The notes under the pieces are model-generated. The model saw only the letters and a program-made list of their open reading frames with translations, was not told the DNA's origin and searched no databases. A program made the translations under genes and the position numbers. A stretch of 63,925 bases of DNA, the filler included. It is 6 parts of 6 records of this genome, joined end to end, with 100 filler letters (N's around TTAATTAATTAA, not from the genome) between each part and the next. Parts side by side here need not be neighbours in the genome. Positions count along the whole stretch, not along the records: positions 1 to 14,687 come from DRR378314_694; 5 more parts are not named here. The stretch is one strand, 5' to 3'. Positions 1 through 11,097 of this stretch are shown here, in pieces (position 1 is the stretch's first letter; every line of letters begins with the position of its first letter).

Positions 1-351
1 AACCGCTACACCATGGAAGTGAAGCGCCAGTTGGACGTACTGGACCGCCAGTTGGCGGACAACCGCTACATCGCCGGTGACGAGTACACCATCGCGGATA
101 TGGCCATCTGGCCCTGGTACGGCGCACTGGTGAAGAACAAGGTGTACGAAGCGGCGGAATTCCTGGAAGCACACACCTACAAGAACGTGGTGCGCTGGGC
201 CGACGAAATCGGAGAGCGCCCGGCGGTCAAACGCGGGTTGATGGTTAACCGCACCTGGGGTGAGGAGAGCAAACAGTTGCACGAACGGCACGATGCCAGC
301 GACTTCGAGCTGCGCACCCAGGACAAGCTGGAACCCTCCGGAGAACAGTAA
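1..351 (+). CDS. yghU: Glutathione-dependent disulfide-bond oxidoreductase (GST, YghU/YfcG class), 5'-partial
   Basis: GST C-terminal motifs EVKRQLDVLD..YIAGDEYTIADMAIWPWYG and QLHERHDASDF; frame is open from position 1. Confidence 0.88.
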   Translation, partial: NRYTMEVKRQLDVLDRQLADNRYIAGDEYTIADMAIWPWYGALVKNKVYEAAEFLEAHTYKNVVRWADEIGERPAVKRGLMVNRTWGEESKQLHERHDASDFELRTQDKLEPSGEQ

Positions 352-1931
352 TGGCAGCGCCGGTCGGCTGGAGGAGAGTGGTGCTGGCGTTCATCGTCGC
401 GCTGGTTGTGGGCTCCGTTCTGGGTAGCTTCGTGCAAACGCAGTTCAATCTCCAGGCGCTGGAAGGTCTGGGGGTTGATATCAGTATGGGAACCCGTTTG
501 GAAACCACGGCTCTGGATCTGGTGAATTTTGCCCCCTTGTACGCCATCCTCTTTGGGCTCAGTTTTCTGTTCTCCCAGGGGGCGGCGTCTGTCGTAGTCC
601 GGCTGGCCGGCCATTCAGGCCGTTTTTGGTTGTACCCGCTCGCCGCGGCGGTGGGCCTGTGGGCAACCTTGCGGATTGTGGATGCGTTGGCGCCCATGCC
701 GACGTTGATCGCCGCCACACGCGATATCGGCGGTCTGTTAGCCATGCTGTTAACAGCCGCGTTCTCCGGTTGGTTGTTTGCCGTTTGGGTGTCCGGCTTA
801 TCCCGTAGACGTGGCAACGCCTCAGCAGCGCCTGTTGTGCTGCTGGTCGCCGCCGGGCTGGCGCTACCTGAAGCTGATGCCTTGGCGGCCGACAAGTCGG
901 GCTATACGATTGAAACCGTGGCCGACGGCCTCGAGCACCCCTGGTCGCTGGCGTTCCTGCCCGATGGGCGAATGCTGGTGACCGAAAGGCCAGGGCGCCT
1001 GCGAATGCTGACAGCCAGCGGTGAACTGGTGCCGGAACCGCTGGAGGGTGTGCCGGAGGTTCTTGCATCCGGTCAGGCCGGCCTGTTTGATGTGCTTCCC
1101 GCCAGGGACTTCGAGGACAGCGGCCAGATCTATCTCAGCTATGCCTGCGGCACTATGGACGCCAATCACACCTGCCTGGCCAGGGGGCAATTGGGCTCGA
1201 AGGGCCTGGACAACGTCAGCGAAATTTTCCGCGTGCAGCCGGCCAAGAAGGGCAATGCTCACTACGGCGGGCGTATGGTTTGGTTGCCGGACAATACTCT
1301 GGTGCTCACCCTCGGAGACGGTTTTGACTACCGGGAACAGGCCCAGCGGCGTCAAAACCACATTGGCACCATTGTGCGCCTGAATCCGGACGGCAGCGTG
1401 CCAGATGACAACCCCTTTGCCGGGCACGACTCGTACCTGGGTGAAATCTACAGCTATGGTCACCGCAATGTGCAGGGGTTGGCCTATGACAACGATCAGG
1501 GCCGACTGATTGCCCACGAACACGGCCCCCGTGGCGGTGACGAGATCAATGTTATCCGTCCGGGCGTCAATTACGGCTGGCCGGTCACGACCCATGGATT
1601 GGACTACACGGGTGCCCGGGTGACGCCGTTTGAGGAACGCGAGGGCATTGAGGCGCCCATGCTGCACTGGACGCCGTCCATCGCACCGTCGGGCATGACG
1701 GTATACAGCGGTGAGCTGTTCCCCCAGTGGCAGGGTGATTTACTGGTTGGCGGGCTGGTGACTCGGCAGGTTCACCGCGTGAGGCTGGCGGATGGTAAGG
1801 CAACGGAAGTGGAAACCCTGTTTGGCGAGCTGGGCGAACGCATCAGGGCCGTTGTTACGGGCCCCGATGGTTCGGTTTACCTGCTCACAGACAGTTCCGA
1901 CGGGCGTGTTCTGAGAGTCACGCCAGACTAG
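351..1931 (+). CDS. PQQ-dependent aldose sugar dehydrogenase (glucose/sorbosone dehydrogenase, YliI-like) with extra N-terminal multi-TM domain
   Basis: GLEHPWSLAFLPDGRMLVTERPGRL, YSYGHRNVQG, EHGPRGGDEIN, NYGWP and WTPSIAPSG motifs; first ~150 aa are hydrophobic. Confidence 0.88.
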   Translation: MAAPVGWRRVVLAFIVALVVGSVLGSFVQTQFNLQALEGLGVDISMGTRLETTALDLVNFAPLYAILFGLSFLFSQGAASVVVRLAGHSGRFWLYPLAAAVGLWATLRIVDALAPMPTLIAATRDIGGLLAMLLTAAFSGWLFAVWVSGLSRRRGNASAAPVVLLVAAGLALPEADALAADKSGYTIETVADGLEHPWSLAFLPDGRMLVTERPGRLRMLTASGELVPEPLEGVPEVLASGQAGLFDVLPARDFEDSGQIYLSYACGTMDANHTCLARGQLGSKGLDNVSEIFRVQPAKKGNAHYGGRMVWLPDNTLVLTLGDGFDYREQAQRRQNHIGTIVRLNPDGSVPDDNPFAGHDSYLGEIYSYGHRNVQGLAYDNDQGRLIAHEHGPRGGDEINVIRPGVNYGWPVTTHGLDYTGARVTPFEEREGIEAPMLHWTPSIAPSGMTVYSGELFPQWQGDLLVGGLVTRQVHRVRLADGKATEVETLFGELGERIRAVVTGPDGSVYLLTDSSDGRVLRVTPD

Positions 1932-1961
1932 CGCAGGGGCCTGTGTCTGGCTCAAAACGCC

Positions 1962-2210
1962 CTAGCGGGGCCTGCGATCACCTTCCATGATCTTGGCGAC
2001 AAACACCGACTTGCCATACTCCTCGAACGACCACTTCATGGTGTCTGAGAGCACGCGCATGACTTCGTCGTATTCGCCGAACATTTCGGTGCTCATGCGG
2101 CCGGAATGGATCTCCAGGCCCGTTTTCTCAAGCCGTTCAATCACGGCGCGAATGGGCGGCTTGTAGTCGTCGGTGAGTGGGTAGCAGCTCAGTTGAACGG
2201 ATAAGTACAT
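1962..2210 (-). CDS. YkoF/thiamine-binding (MTH1187-like) family small protein, 82 aa
   Basis: MYLSVQLSCYPL...RMSTEMFGEYDEVM pattern; GGGAGG RBS before ATG at 2210. Confidence 0.7.
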   Translation of the reverse strand: MYLSVQLSCYPLTDDYKPPIRAVIERLEKTGLEIHSGRMSTEMFGEYDEVMRVLSDTMKWSFEEYGKSVFVAKIMEGDRRPR

Positions 2211-2235
2211 AAAACCTCCCGGGGCCCGGTGCCCC

Positions 2236-3999
2236 TCAATAGCCCATGGCTGACGAAGTGCTGCGGCGCGGATCCGCGCCGCCATAGAGGGTTCCCTCAG
2301 CATCAATCAGTATGCTCTGGATGGCGCCCATGGCACTGTTTGTCACGACCTTGTGGCCCTGTTCCTCCAACAACCGCACTGTGTCCGGGCTGATGCCCTG
2401 TTCAATGCGGATCTCATCCGGCAGCCACTGATGGTGAATCCGTGGGGCGCTCACCGCAGACTGGATGTTCATGCCATGGTCAATCACATTCAGCAGCACC
2501 TGCAAGGTCGTCGTGATAATTCGGGACCCGCCGGGGCTTCCGGTGACCAGATAATTGCGGCCATCCCGCCTGACAATGGTCGGCGACATGGAGCTCAGCA
2601 TGCGTTTGCCGGGCTCGACCTTGTTGGCTTCACCGCCGATCAGCCCATAGGCGTTGGGTTCACCCGGCTTGGCGCTGAAATCGTCCATTTCATTGTTCAG
2701 CAGGAAACCGGCACCGGTCACGGTAATGCCGGAGCCGTAGCTGAAGTTGATGGTGTAGGTGTTGGATACCGCATTGCCCCAACGGTCGACGATGGAAAAA
2801 TGGGTGGTTTCGGGGCTTTCGTAGGCGCTCGGGTTACCGGCGCTGATGTCGGACGAAGGGCGGGCCCGGTCTGGCTTGATGGTTTTTCGCAGTTCATCGG
2901 CGTAAGCCTTGCTGGTCAGGCCTTCCAGGGGGACATCCACAAAATCCGTGTCGCCCAGGTATTGAGCGCGATCGGCGTAGGCCAGCTTCATGGCCTCGGC
3001 CATGTGGTGAATGCTGGCGGCGGAGTTATGACCGAACTTGGCCAGGGGGTAGCCTTCAAGAATGTTCAGAATCTGCACAATGTGAGTGCCGCCAGAGGAG
3101 GGTGGTGACATGGAATAGATGTCATGCCCCCGGTAGGTGCCGTGAACCGGCTGGCGGATCCGGGGCTGGTAGTTTTCCAGGTCTTTCAGCGTGATCAGGC
3201 CGTCATTTCGGTCCATCTCTTCCACGATCAGGCGCGCCGTTTCGCCCTCATAGAAGCCTTTGATTCCCTGATCGGCGATTCGCTGCAGTGTCTTTGCCAG
3301 CTCCGGTTGGCGGAACCGTTCGCCGGGCTGCCAGGCGGAGCCGTCCTCCTTATAGAAGGTCTGTAGCGTGGCAGGCCAGCGTTGCAGTCGCTCCCTGGCC
3401 TGCTCAAGGCCCTCGGTAAAGCGGTCGGGTACGATAAAGCCCTCCCGGGCCAGGCGAATGGCCGGTGCCAGCGCCTGGCTCAGTGAAATCGTTCCATGGC
3501 GCTCGAGAGCCAGTGCCAGGCCGGCTACGGTACCGGGTACACCAGCGGCTTTGTGGGTGAAGCGGCTGCGGTTCTGCACCACATTGCCATCTTCATCCTG
3601 GAACATGGTCGCGGTGGCGGCCGCCGGCGCCTTTTCCCGATAGTCGATGGCCTCAACCGCGTCACCATTGCCCGGAGCGTAGAGCATAAAGCCGCCACCG
3701 CCGATGTTGCCAGAGCGTGGCTGGGTGACCGCCAGGGCGAATCCGGCCGTAACCGCGGCGTCCATCGCATTACCGCCGGTTTCAAGGACCTCCAGAGCCA
3801 CCTCGGTTGCCAGCGTGTGGCTGGTCGCCACCATGCCGTTTGCGGCTTTCACCGGATGATGGCGTTCGCCCTCAAGGATGGCGTCGGCCAAGGCAGGGTT
3901 CAGTGGGATAAGCAGTGCCATGGCAAGGATCAGTTTGGTGGCCAGTGAGCAGCCTGGAGCGGCTTTTTGCATACGTACCTGTAGGGGGTGTCTATCCAT
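2236..3999 (-). CDS. ggt: Gamma-glutamyltransferase (start uncertain)
   Basis: GGNAMDAAV, IDYREKAP, autocleavage ETTHFS, LNNEMDDFS, MLSSMSP and GSPGGSRI motifs; signal peptide. Confidence 0.96.
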   Translation of the reverse strand: MDRHPLQVRMQKAAPGCSLATKLILAMALLIPLNPALADAILEGERHHPVKAANGMVATSHTLATEVALEVLETGGNAMDAAVTAGFALAVTQPRSGNIGGGGFMLYAPGNGDAVEAIDYREKAPAAATATMFQDEDGNVVQNRSRFTHKAAGVPGTVAGLALALERHGTISLSQALAPAIRLAREGFIVPDRFTEGLEQARERLQRWPATLQTFYKEDGSAWQPGERFRQPELAKTLQRIADQGIKGFYEGETARLIVEEMDRNDGLITLKDLENYQPRIRQPVHGTYRGHDIYSMSPPSSGGTHIVQILNILEGYPLAKFGHNSAASIHHMAEAMKLAYADRAQYLGDTDFVDVPLEGLTSKAYADELRKTIKPDRARPSSDISAGNPSAYESPETTHFSIVDRWGNAVSNTYTINFSYGSGITVTGAGFLLNNEMDDFSAKPGEPNAYGLIGGEANKVEPGKRMLSSMSPTIVRRDGRNYLVTGSPGGSRIITTTLQVLLNVIDHGMNIQSAVSAPRIHHQWLPDEIRIEQGISPDTVRLLEEQGHKVVTNSAMGAIQSILIDAEGTLYGGADPRRSTSSAMGY

Positions 4000-4107
4000 G
4001 TTTCTGTACCTCGTTTCTGGTGCTCAGATAAGCTATCATAGCCGGTCATTTTTAAGGGTGTGAACCTGCGCGCCCGCGTTCCCGGATCAGATTAAGGAAA
4101 GGCCTCC

Positions 4108-4962
4108 ATGGAGCATACCTATCGTCTTGTGATTTCCTGCCCGGACCGGGTGGGGATCGTTGCCAAGGTCAGTAACTTTCTGTCGACCTACAATGGCTGG
4201 ATTACTGAGGCGAGCCACCACTCCGACACCCATACCGGATGGTTCTTCATGCGGCATGAAATCAAGGCCAACTCGATTCCTTTCGGCCTGGATCAGTTCC
4301 GCACGGCCTTTGAGCCGATTGCCCGCGAGTTCAATATGAACTGGCATATTGCGGACTCGGCCCAGCCCAAGAAAGTGATCCTGATGTGCAGCAAGGAGTC
4401 CCATTGTGTGGCTGATCTGCTCCATCGCTGGCACAGCCGGGAGATCAACGCCGAGATCGTGGCGGTTATTTCCAATCATGATGACCTCCGGCGCATGGTG
4501 GAGTGGCACGAGATACCCTACCACCATATCCCGGTGAACCAGAACAATCGCGACGAGGCCTTCGGCGAAGTGGATGGTTTGATCGAAGGTTACGACGCCG
4601 ACGTGGTGGTTCTGGCCCGGTATATGCAAATTCTGCCGGGCAGCCTGTGTGAGAAATACCCGGGCAAGGTGATCAACATTCATCATAGCTTTCTGCCATC
4701 GTTCGCAGGCGCCCGTCCATACCATCAGGCCTACAGCCGGGGTGTGAAACTGATTGGCGCCACCTGCCACTATGTGACCCAGGATCTGGACGAAGGCCCC
4801 ATTATCGAGCAGGACGTGGTCCGCATCAGTCACAGCGACTCCATTGAAGACATGGTTCGGCTGGGCAAGGATGTGGAGAAAAACGTGCTGTCACGGGGCT
4901 TGCGGGCGCACATCGAAGACCGTGTGATTACCTACGAAAACAAGACTGTGGTTTTTGACTGA
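4108..4962 (+). CDS. purU: Formyltetrahydrofolate deformylase
   Basis: ACT domain SCPDRVGIVA; LARYMQIL, INIHHSFLPSF, DLDEGPIIEQ. Confidence 0.97.
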   Translation: MEHTYRLVISCPDRVGIVAKVSNFLSTYNGWITEASHHSDTHTGWFFMRHEIKANSIPFGLDQFRTAFEPIAREFNMNWHIADSAQPKKVILMCSKESHCVADLLHRWHSREINAEIVAVISNHDDLRRMVEWHEIPYHHIPVNQNNRDEAFGEVDGLIEGYDADVVVLARYMQILPGSLCEKYPGKVINIHHSFLPSFAGARPYHQAYSRGVKLIGATCHYVTQDLDEGPIIEQDVVRISHSDSIEDMVRLGKDVEKNVLSRGLRAHIEDRVITYENKTVVFD

Positions 4963-5089
4963 CGGCCACCACCATATCCCCCGCTAAGGGGTTGAATGTG
5001 GTAGTATTGGCCGCTTGTTAAAGAATAACTATGGGGCGCTTTGAAGGGCCCTGAAACGACTTCCAGCAAATGCAAAGGAACCTTTCTCG

Positions 5090-7714
5090 ATGGGTGAGTT
5101 AGCCAAAGAGATCCTGCCGGTAAATATTGAAGACGAGCTTAAACAGTCCTATCTCGATTACGCGATGAGCGTCATCGTTGGCCGGGCACTCCCAGACGTG
5201 CGTGACGGCCTCAAGCCGGTGCATCGCCGCGTTCTGTTTGCCATGTCCGAGCTCAATAACGACTGGAACAAGTCCTACAAGAAATCCGCCCGTGTGGTGG
5301 GTGACGTCATCGGTAAGTACCATCCCCATGGTGACTCGGCGGTTTACGACACCATTGTTCGTATGGCCCAGCCGTTTTCCCTTCGGTACCCACTGGTGGA
5401 TGGTCAGGGTAACTTTGGTTCCATCGACGGCGACAACGCAGCGGCCATGCGTTATACCGAGATCCGCATGGAGAAGATTGCCCACTCCCTGCTGGCGGAT
5501 CTGGACAAGGAAACCGTTGATTTCGTAGCCAACTACGATGGCACCGAGCAGATTCCCGACGTACTGCCCACTCGGATTCCCAACCTGCTGGTAAACGGTT
5601 CCTCAGGCATCGCCGTGGGTATGGCCACCAATATTCCGCCCCACAACCTGACGGAAATTGTGAATGGCTGTCTGGCACTGATCGACAACCCGGACATGAC
5701 GGTCGACGACCTGATGGAGCACATCCCGGGGCCCGATTTTCCCACCCAGGGCATTATCAATGGGCGCGCCGGTATTGTTGAGGCCTATCGTACTGGCCGT
5801 GGGCGCATCTACATCCGCGCCCGCCATGAAATCGAGCACGACAAGAAAACCAACCGTGATGCCATCATCATCAACGAGCTGCCGTACCAGCTGAACAAGG
5901 CCCGGCTGATCGAGAAAATTGCGGAACTGGTTAAAGAGAAACGCCTGGAAGGCATCTCCGAACTACGAGACGAATCCAACAAGGAAGGCATTCGAGTTGT
6001 GATTGAGCTGCGTCGCGGTGAGAACCCGGACGTGGTCGTCAATAATCTCTTTGCTCATACCCAGTTGCAGACGGTTTTCGGCATCAACATGGTTGCCCTG
6101 ATCAACGGCGAGCCAAAAATCCTGAACCTCAAGGAGATGCTGGACGCGTTTGTTCGCCATCGCCGCGAAGTGGTTACCCGCCGCACGATCTACGAACTGC
6201 GTAAAGCCCGTGAGCGTGGACATATCCTGGAAGGCCTGACCGTCGCGCTGGCGAACATCGATGAGATCATCGCGCTGATCAAGGCGTCCCCGGCTGCGGC
6301 TGAGGCGAAAGAGAAGCTGATGGCCCAGGGCTGGGCGCCGGGCGATGTTCTCGCCATGCTTGAGCGTGCTGGCGAAGATGCCTGCCGCCCTGACGACCTG
6401 CCGGAAATCTTTGGCCTGCGCAATGGCCTTTACCATCTGTCGCCGGAGCAGGCCCAGGCAATCCTGGACTTGCGTCTGCATCGCCTGACCGGTCTTGAGA
6501 CCGAGAAGCTGCAGAACGAGTACAAGGACATTCTTGAGAAGATTGCCGACCTGTTGGAAATCCTGGGTGACCCGGACCGCCTGATGCAGGTAATCCGTGA
6601 AGAGCTGGAAGCCGTTGTCAGCGAGTTTGGCGATAACCGCCTGACCGAAATCACCAGTTCCAAGCGCGACCTGACCATCGCCGACCTGATCGACGAGGAA
6701 GACCTGGTAGTGACCATCTCTCATGGTGGTTATGCCAAGACCCAGGCCGTTGAAGATTACCAGGCCCAGCGCCGAGGCGGACGTGGTAAAGCTGCGACGT
6801 CCATGAAAGACGAGGATTTCGTCGAAAAACTGCTGGTAGCCAACTCTCACGACACCATCCTGTGCTTCTCAAACCGGGGCAAGGTGTATTGGTTGCGGGT
6901 GTTCGAGATTCCCCGTGCCAGCCGTGCATCCCGCGGGCGTCCAATGGTCAATATCCTGCCGCTGGACGAAGGGGAGCGTATTACCACCTTCCTGCCGGTT
7001 CGTGACTATCCGGAAGACCAGTACGTACTGATGGCCACCTCGGCCGGTGTGGTCAAGAAGACGCCACTGCCGAATTTCTCACGCCCGCGTAGCAATGGCC
7101 TGATTGCCTTGTCGCTGGACGAGGGCGACACCCTGATTGGTACCGCCATCACCAAGGGCGATGCGGAAGTTATGCTGTTCTCCTCGGCGGGCAAGGCCGT
7201 TCGCTTTAATGAGGAAGCGGTACGCCCGATGAGCCGTACGGCCCGTGGTGTGCGTGGTATCAAGATTCCGGAAGGGCACCATGTTGTGTCGCTGATCATT
7301 CCGCAAGACAACGCGGTTCTGCTGACGGCCAGTGAAAACGGCTACGGCAAGCGCACCACCTTCGACGAATTCCCGACCTACAGCCGGGGCAGTCAGGGCG
7401 TTATTGCCATGCAGTGTTCCGAGCGTAACGGCAACCTGGTCACGGCGCTGCAGTTGTTTGAAGGCGACGAGATGATGCTGATCTCGGATAAGGGAACGCT
7501 CGTGCGTACCCGCACCGATGAAGTATCCGTTCTGAGCCGTAACACCCAGGGTGTTCGTCTAATCAAGCTGAGCCAGGAAGACGAGCGCCTTGTGGGCGTT
7601 GAGCGTATTGCCGAAACCGATGCCGAAGAGGTCGACGGTGAGGAAGCGCCTGCGGCACAGGATGGTGACGCGGAAAATACAGGCGATGCAGGAGAGAGTG
7701 CCGGCGAAGAATAA
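5090..7714 (+). CDS. gyrA: DNA gyrase subunit A
   Basis: [32 protein letters not shown], GyrA box QRRGGRG. Confidence 0.99.
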   Translation: MGELAKEILPVNIEDELKQSYLDYAMSVIVGRALPDVRDGLKPVHRRVLFAMSELNNDWNKSYKKSARVVGDVIGKYHPHGDSAVYDTIVRMAQPFSLRYPLVDGQGNFGSIDGDNAAAMRYTEIRMEKIAHSLLADLDKETVDFVANYDGTEQIPDVLPTRIPNLLVNGSSGIAVGMATNIPPHNLTEIVNGCLALIDNPDMTVDDLMEHIPGPDFPTQGIINGRAGIVEAYRTGRGRIYIRARHEIEHDKKTNRDAIIINELPYQLNKARLIEKIAELVKEKRLEGISELRDESNKEGIRVVIELRRGENPDVVVNNLFAHTQLQTVFGINMVALINGEPKILNLKEMLDAFVRHRREVVTRRTIYELRKARERGHILEGLTVALANIDEIIALIKASPAAAEAKEKLMAQGWAPGDVLAMLERAGEDACRPDDLPEIFGLRNGLYHLSPEQAQAILDLRLHRLTGLETEKLQNEYKDILEKIADLLEILGDPDRLMQVIREELEAVVSEFGDNRLTEITSSKRDLTIADLIDEEDLVVTISHGGYAKTQAVEDYQAQRRGGRGKAATSMKDEDFVEKLLVANSHDTILCFSNRGKVYWLRVFEIPRASRASRGRPMVNILPLDEGERITTFLPVRDYPEDQYVLMATSAGVVKKTPLPNFSRPRSNGLIALSLDEGDTLIGTAITKGDAEVMLFSSAGKAVRFNEEAVRPMSRTARGVRGIKIPEGHHVVSLIIPQDNAVLLTASENGYGKRTTFDEFPTYSRGSQGVIAMQCSERNGNLVTALQLFEGDEMMLISDKGTLVRTRTDEVSVLSRNTQGVRLIKLSQEDERLVGVERIAETDAEEVDGEEAPAAQDGDAENTGDAGESAGEE

Positions 7715-7756
7715 GCCGGCACCCTATATTGGCAGGATTTGAGAGATCACAGGATC

Positions 7757-8839
7757 ATGAGCAGGGCGTATAACTTTTGTGCAGGCCCGGCAACCTTGCC
7801 GGAGCCCGTTTTACAACAGGCACGGGAAGAGATGCTGGATTGGCGCGGCACCGGCATGTCTGTGATGGAAATGAGCCATCGCAGTGACGAGTTCGTGGAA
7901 ATCGCCGAAACAGCTGAGAAAGATCTCCGGGAATTGGCCGGCGTTTCAGACGATTACGCCGTACTCTTCATGCAAGGTGGTGCGTCCAGCCAGTTTTCGA
8001 CCATTCCTTTGAACCTGCTGGGTGACAAGGGCTCTGCGGATTACGTCAACACCGGCATCTGGTCGAAGAAAGCCATCGCTGAGGCCAGCCGCTATGGGCG
8101 CGTCAACGTGGCGGCAAGCAGCGAAGACGATGGGTTCACCAGTATTCCCGACCAGGACCGCTGGAGCATCAATGCGGACGCCGCCTACCTGCACTACACG
8201 CCCAATGAGACCATCGGCGGGCTGGAGTTCGATTTCGTGCCGGACAGCGGTTCCGTACCGTTGGTCGCGGATATGTCGTCCACCATGCTGTCGCGCCCGC
8301 TGGACGTCTCGAAATTCGGCCTGATCTATGCGGGCGCCCAGAAGAACATCGGCCCATCCGGTTTGGTGGTCGTGATCATACGCAAGGATCTGCTGGGCAA
8401 GGCGCTTAAGATCACGCCGACGATGATGAACTACCAGGTGATTGCGGATAACGACTCCATGTACAACACGCCGGCCACATACTCCTGGTACCTGGCCGGA
8501 CTGGTGTTCAAGTGGCTGAAAGAGCAGGGCGGTGTGACGGCCATGGGCGAGATCAATCGCCGTAAAGCCAGCAAACTGTATGGCTTTATTGATGAGAATG
8601 ATTTCTACGCCAACCCGATATCCCCGCGCTTTCGTTCCTGGATGAATATTCCTTTTACCCTGGCGGATGACGCACTTAACAGCGCCTTCCTGAAGGGCGC
8701 AAATGAGCGCGGCCTGCTGAATCTGAAGGGGCATCGTTCCGTGGGTGGCATGCGGGCCAGCGTATACAACGCCATGCCGGAAGCGGGCGTTGACGCATTG
8801 ATTGACTACATGACCGTGTTTGCGAAGGAGCGGGGCTGA
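7757..8839 (+). CDS. serC: 3-phosphoserine aminotransferase
   Basis: YNFCAGPA, EMSHRS, YAGAQKNIGP, KGHRSVGGMRAS; canonical position after gyrA. Confidence 0.98.
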   Translation: MSRAYNFCAGPATLPEPVLQQAREEMLDWRGTGMSVMEMSHRSDEFVEIAETAEKDLRELAGVSDDYAVLFMQGGASSQFSTIPLNLLGDKGSADYVNTGIWSKKAIAEASRYGRVNVAASSEDDGFTSIPDQDRWSINADAAYLHYTPNETIGGLEFDFVPDSGSVPLVADMSSTMLSRPLDVSKFGLIYAGAQKNIGPSGLVVVIIRKDLLGKALKITPTMMNYQVIADNDSMYNTPATYSWYLAGLVFKWLKEQGGVTAMGEINRRKASKLYGFIDENDFYANPISPRFRSWMNIPFTLADDALNSAFLKGANERGLLNLKGHRSVGGMRASVYNAMPEAGVDALIDYMTVFAKERG

Positions 8840-8841
8840 TC

Positions 8842-9939
8842 ATGAGCGATGAGCAGGCCCGTCTCGGGCAGTTGAGGGACGAGATTGATCGTGTTGATCG
8901 GGAGATCATGGACCTGATCAGCAAGCGTGCGGAGTGCGCCCAGGAAGTGGCTCGCGTCAAGATGGAAGCCAATCCGGGGGAGGATGTGTTCTTCTACCGC
9001 CCTGAACGCGAAGCCCAGGTGCTGAGGCGTATAAAGGACAGCAATCCCGGCCCGCTTTCCGGTGAGGAAATGGCCCGACTGTTCCGGGAGATCATGTCCG
9101 CTTGCCTGGCTTTGGAAAAGCCGATGCACATTGCCTTCCTGGGGCCCATTGGTACGTTCACTCAAGCCGCAGCGCTCAAGCATTTTGGGCACTCTGTGGT
9201 CAGCGTGCCTTTGCCCGCCATCGATGCGGTGTTCCGTGAGGTGGAATCCGGCGCAGCCCACTATGGCGTCGTTCCGGTGGAGAACTCCACGGAGGGCATG
9301 ATTAACCATACCCTGGATATGTTCATGTCCTCGCCGTTGAAAATCTGTGGCGAGGTCCAGTTGCGCATTCATCACCACCTGCTGGTGTCGCCAAAGCACC
9401 AGGGCCAGGACATCGTGCGCATTTATTCCCATCAGCAATCGTTCGCCCAGTGCCGGCAATGGCTGGACACCCACCGCTACGGGATCGAGCGGGTCACGGT
9501 CAGCAGCAACGCCGAAGCCGCAAGGCGGGCTGCCGAAGAACCGGGTACGGCCGCGATTGCGGGCGACATGGCAGCGGAGCTTTACGGTCTGGATATGCTC
9601 GCCAGCAGTATCGAAGACCGTCCGGACAACACCACCCGTTTCCTGATCATCGGGCGCGAGGAAGTGCCGGCCAGTGGCAACGACAAGTCGTCCATTCTGG
9701 TGTCCATGCGGAATAAGCCCGGTGCGTTGTATCAGTTGCTGGAGCCATTCCATAAGCATGGCCTGAGCCTGACCCGCATCGAAACCCGGCCGTCACCCAG
9801 CGGTACCTGGGCCTACGTGTTTTACATTGATTTTGAAGGCCACGTGGAAGACGAGCAGGTTAACAAGGTGCTCTCCGAGATTGACGAAGAGGCGGTTGAG
9901 CTTAAGCGGCTTGGGTCCTATCCGATTGGGGTGCTGTAA
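8842..9939 (+). CDS. pheA: Chorismate mutase / prephenate dehydratase (P-protein)
   Basis: LRDEIDRVD chorismate mutase domain; VPVENSTEG, NTTRF, IETRPS. Confidence 0.97.
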   Translation: MSDEQARLGQLRDEIDRVDREIMDLISKRAECAQEVARVKMEANPGEDVFFYRPEREAQVLRRIKDSNPGPLSGEEMARLFREIMSACLALEKPMHIAFLGPIGTFTQAAALKHFGHSVVSVPLPAIDAVFREVESGAAHYGVVPVENSTEGMINHTLDMFMSSPLKICGEVQLRIHHHLLVSPKHQGQDIVRIYSHQQSFAQCRQWLDTHRYGIERVTVSSNAEAARRAAEEPGTAAIAGDMAAELYGLDMLASSIEDRPDNTTRFLIIGREEVPASGNDKSSILVSMRNKPGALYQLLEPFHKHGLSLTRIETRPSPSGTWAYVFYIDFEGHVEDEQVNKVLSEIDEEAVELKRLGSYPIGVL

Positions 9940-9968
9940 AGACACGCGAATTGCCGAAGAAGGGTTGA

Positions 9969-11096
9969 ATGTCGATGGATTACCAGAATTTGGCCGTTAA
10001 AGGTGTGCAGGCGTTGTCCCCCTACCAGCCGGGCAAGCCCATTGATGAGCTGGCCAGGGAACTGGGGCTGAAGCCCGACAGTATCATCAAGCTGGCCAGC
10101 AACGAGAACCCGCTGGGGCCCAGCCCGAAAGCGCTGGCAGCCGTGAAGGGAGCGCTGGGCGAGCTTTGCCGATACCCCGATGGCAATGGGTTTGATCTCA
10201 AGCAGGCACTGTCTGCCCGGTACGGTGTGACGCCCTCGCAGATTACCCTTGGCAATGGCTCCAACGATGTGTTGGAAGTGATTACGCGGTGCTTTGCCGA
10301 CTCCTCCTCGGAAGTCGTGTTCTCCCAATATGCGTTTGCGGTATATCCGTTGGTGACCCAGGCGATAGGCGCCAAGGGCGTGTCCGTGCCCGCCAGGGCT
10401 TATGGTCATGATCTGGATGCCATGGTGGAAGCGGTAACGGATCGTACTGCATTGGTTTTCGTGGCCAATCCCAATAACCCAACGGGGACGGTTCACGGTG
10501 CGGAGGCGATTGAAGCCTTTCTCGCCCGTATTCCGCCGAGGGTTCTGGTGGTTCTCGACGAAGCCTACTGCGAATATCTGCAGGGTGAGGGCTATGTGGA
10601 TGGCCTGTCGTTGCTTGAACGCTACCCGAACCTGATCGTCACCAGGACATTTTCCAAGGCCTGGGGACTGGCATCACTAAGGGTTGGCTACAGCGTTAGC
10701 TCTCCTGAAATTGCCAACGTTCTCAATCGAGTGCGGCAGCCTTTTAATGTAGATACTCTTGCTTTGGCGGCGGCCACTGCGGTGCTGGAGGATGACGAAT
10801 ACCTGCATCGCTCCTGTGACGTGAATGCCCGGGGTATGAAACAGCTTGAGTCGGCCTTTGAAGACATGGGGCTGGAGTACATTCCGTCTGCTGGTAATTT
10901 TATTGCGGTGGATGTGGGCGATCGGGCGGCTGACATCAATCAGTCGCTCCTGGAGCAGGGCGTCATCGTAAGGCCCATTGGTGGCTATGGGCTGCCCAGG
11001 CACCTGCGGGTGTCCATTGGCTTGCCTGAGGAAAACGCACGGTTCATTGAGTCTTTGGCCTGCGCACTGGATACGTCCGACGGGCGGGGAGCGTAA
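9969..11096 (+). CDS. hisC: Histidinol-phosphate/aromatic aminotransferase
   Basis: KLASNENPLG, NPNNPTG, DEAY, RTFSKAWGLA.LRVGY. Confidence 0.96.
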   Translation: MSMDYQNLAVKGVQALSPYQPGKPIDELARELGLKPDSIIKLASNENPLGPSPKALAAVKGALGELCRYPDGNGFDLKQALSARYGVTPSQITLGNGSNDVLEVITRCFADSSSEVVFSQYAFAVYPLVTQAIGAKGVSVPARAYGHDLDAMVEAVTDRTALVFVANPNNPTGTVHGAEAIEAFLARIPPRVLVVLDEAYCEYLQGEGYVDGLSLLERYPNLIVTRTFSKAWGLASLRVGYSVSSPEIANVLNRVRQPFNVDTLALAAATAVLEDDEYLHRSCDVNARGMKQLESAFEDMGLEYIPSAGNFIAVDVGDRAADINQSLLEQGVIVRPIGGYGLPRHLRVSIGLPEENARFIESLACALDTSDGRGA

Positions 11097-11097
11097 C

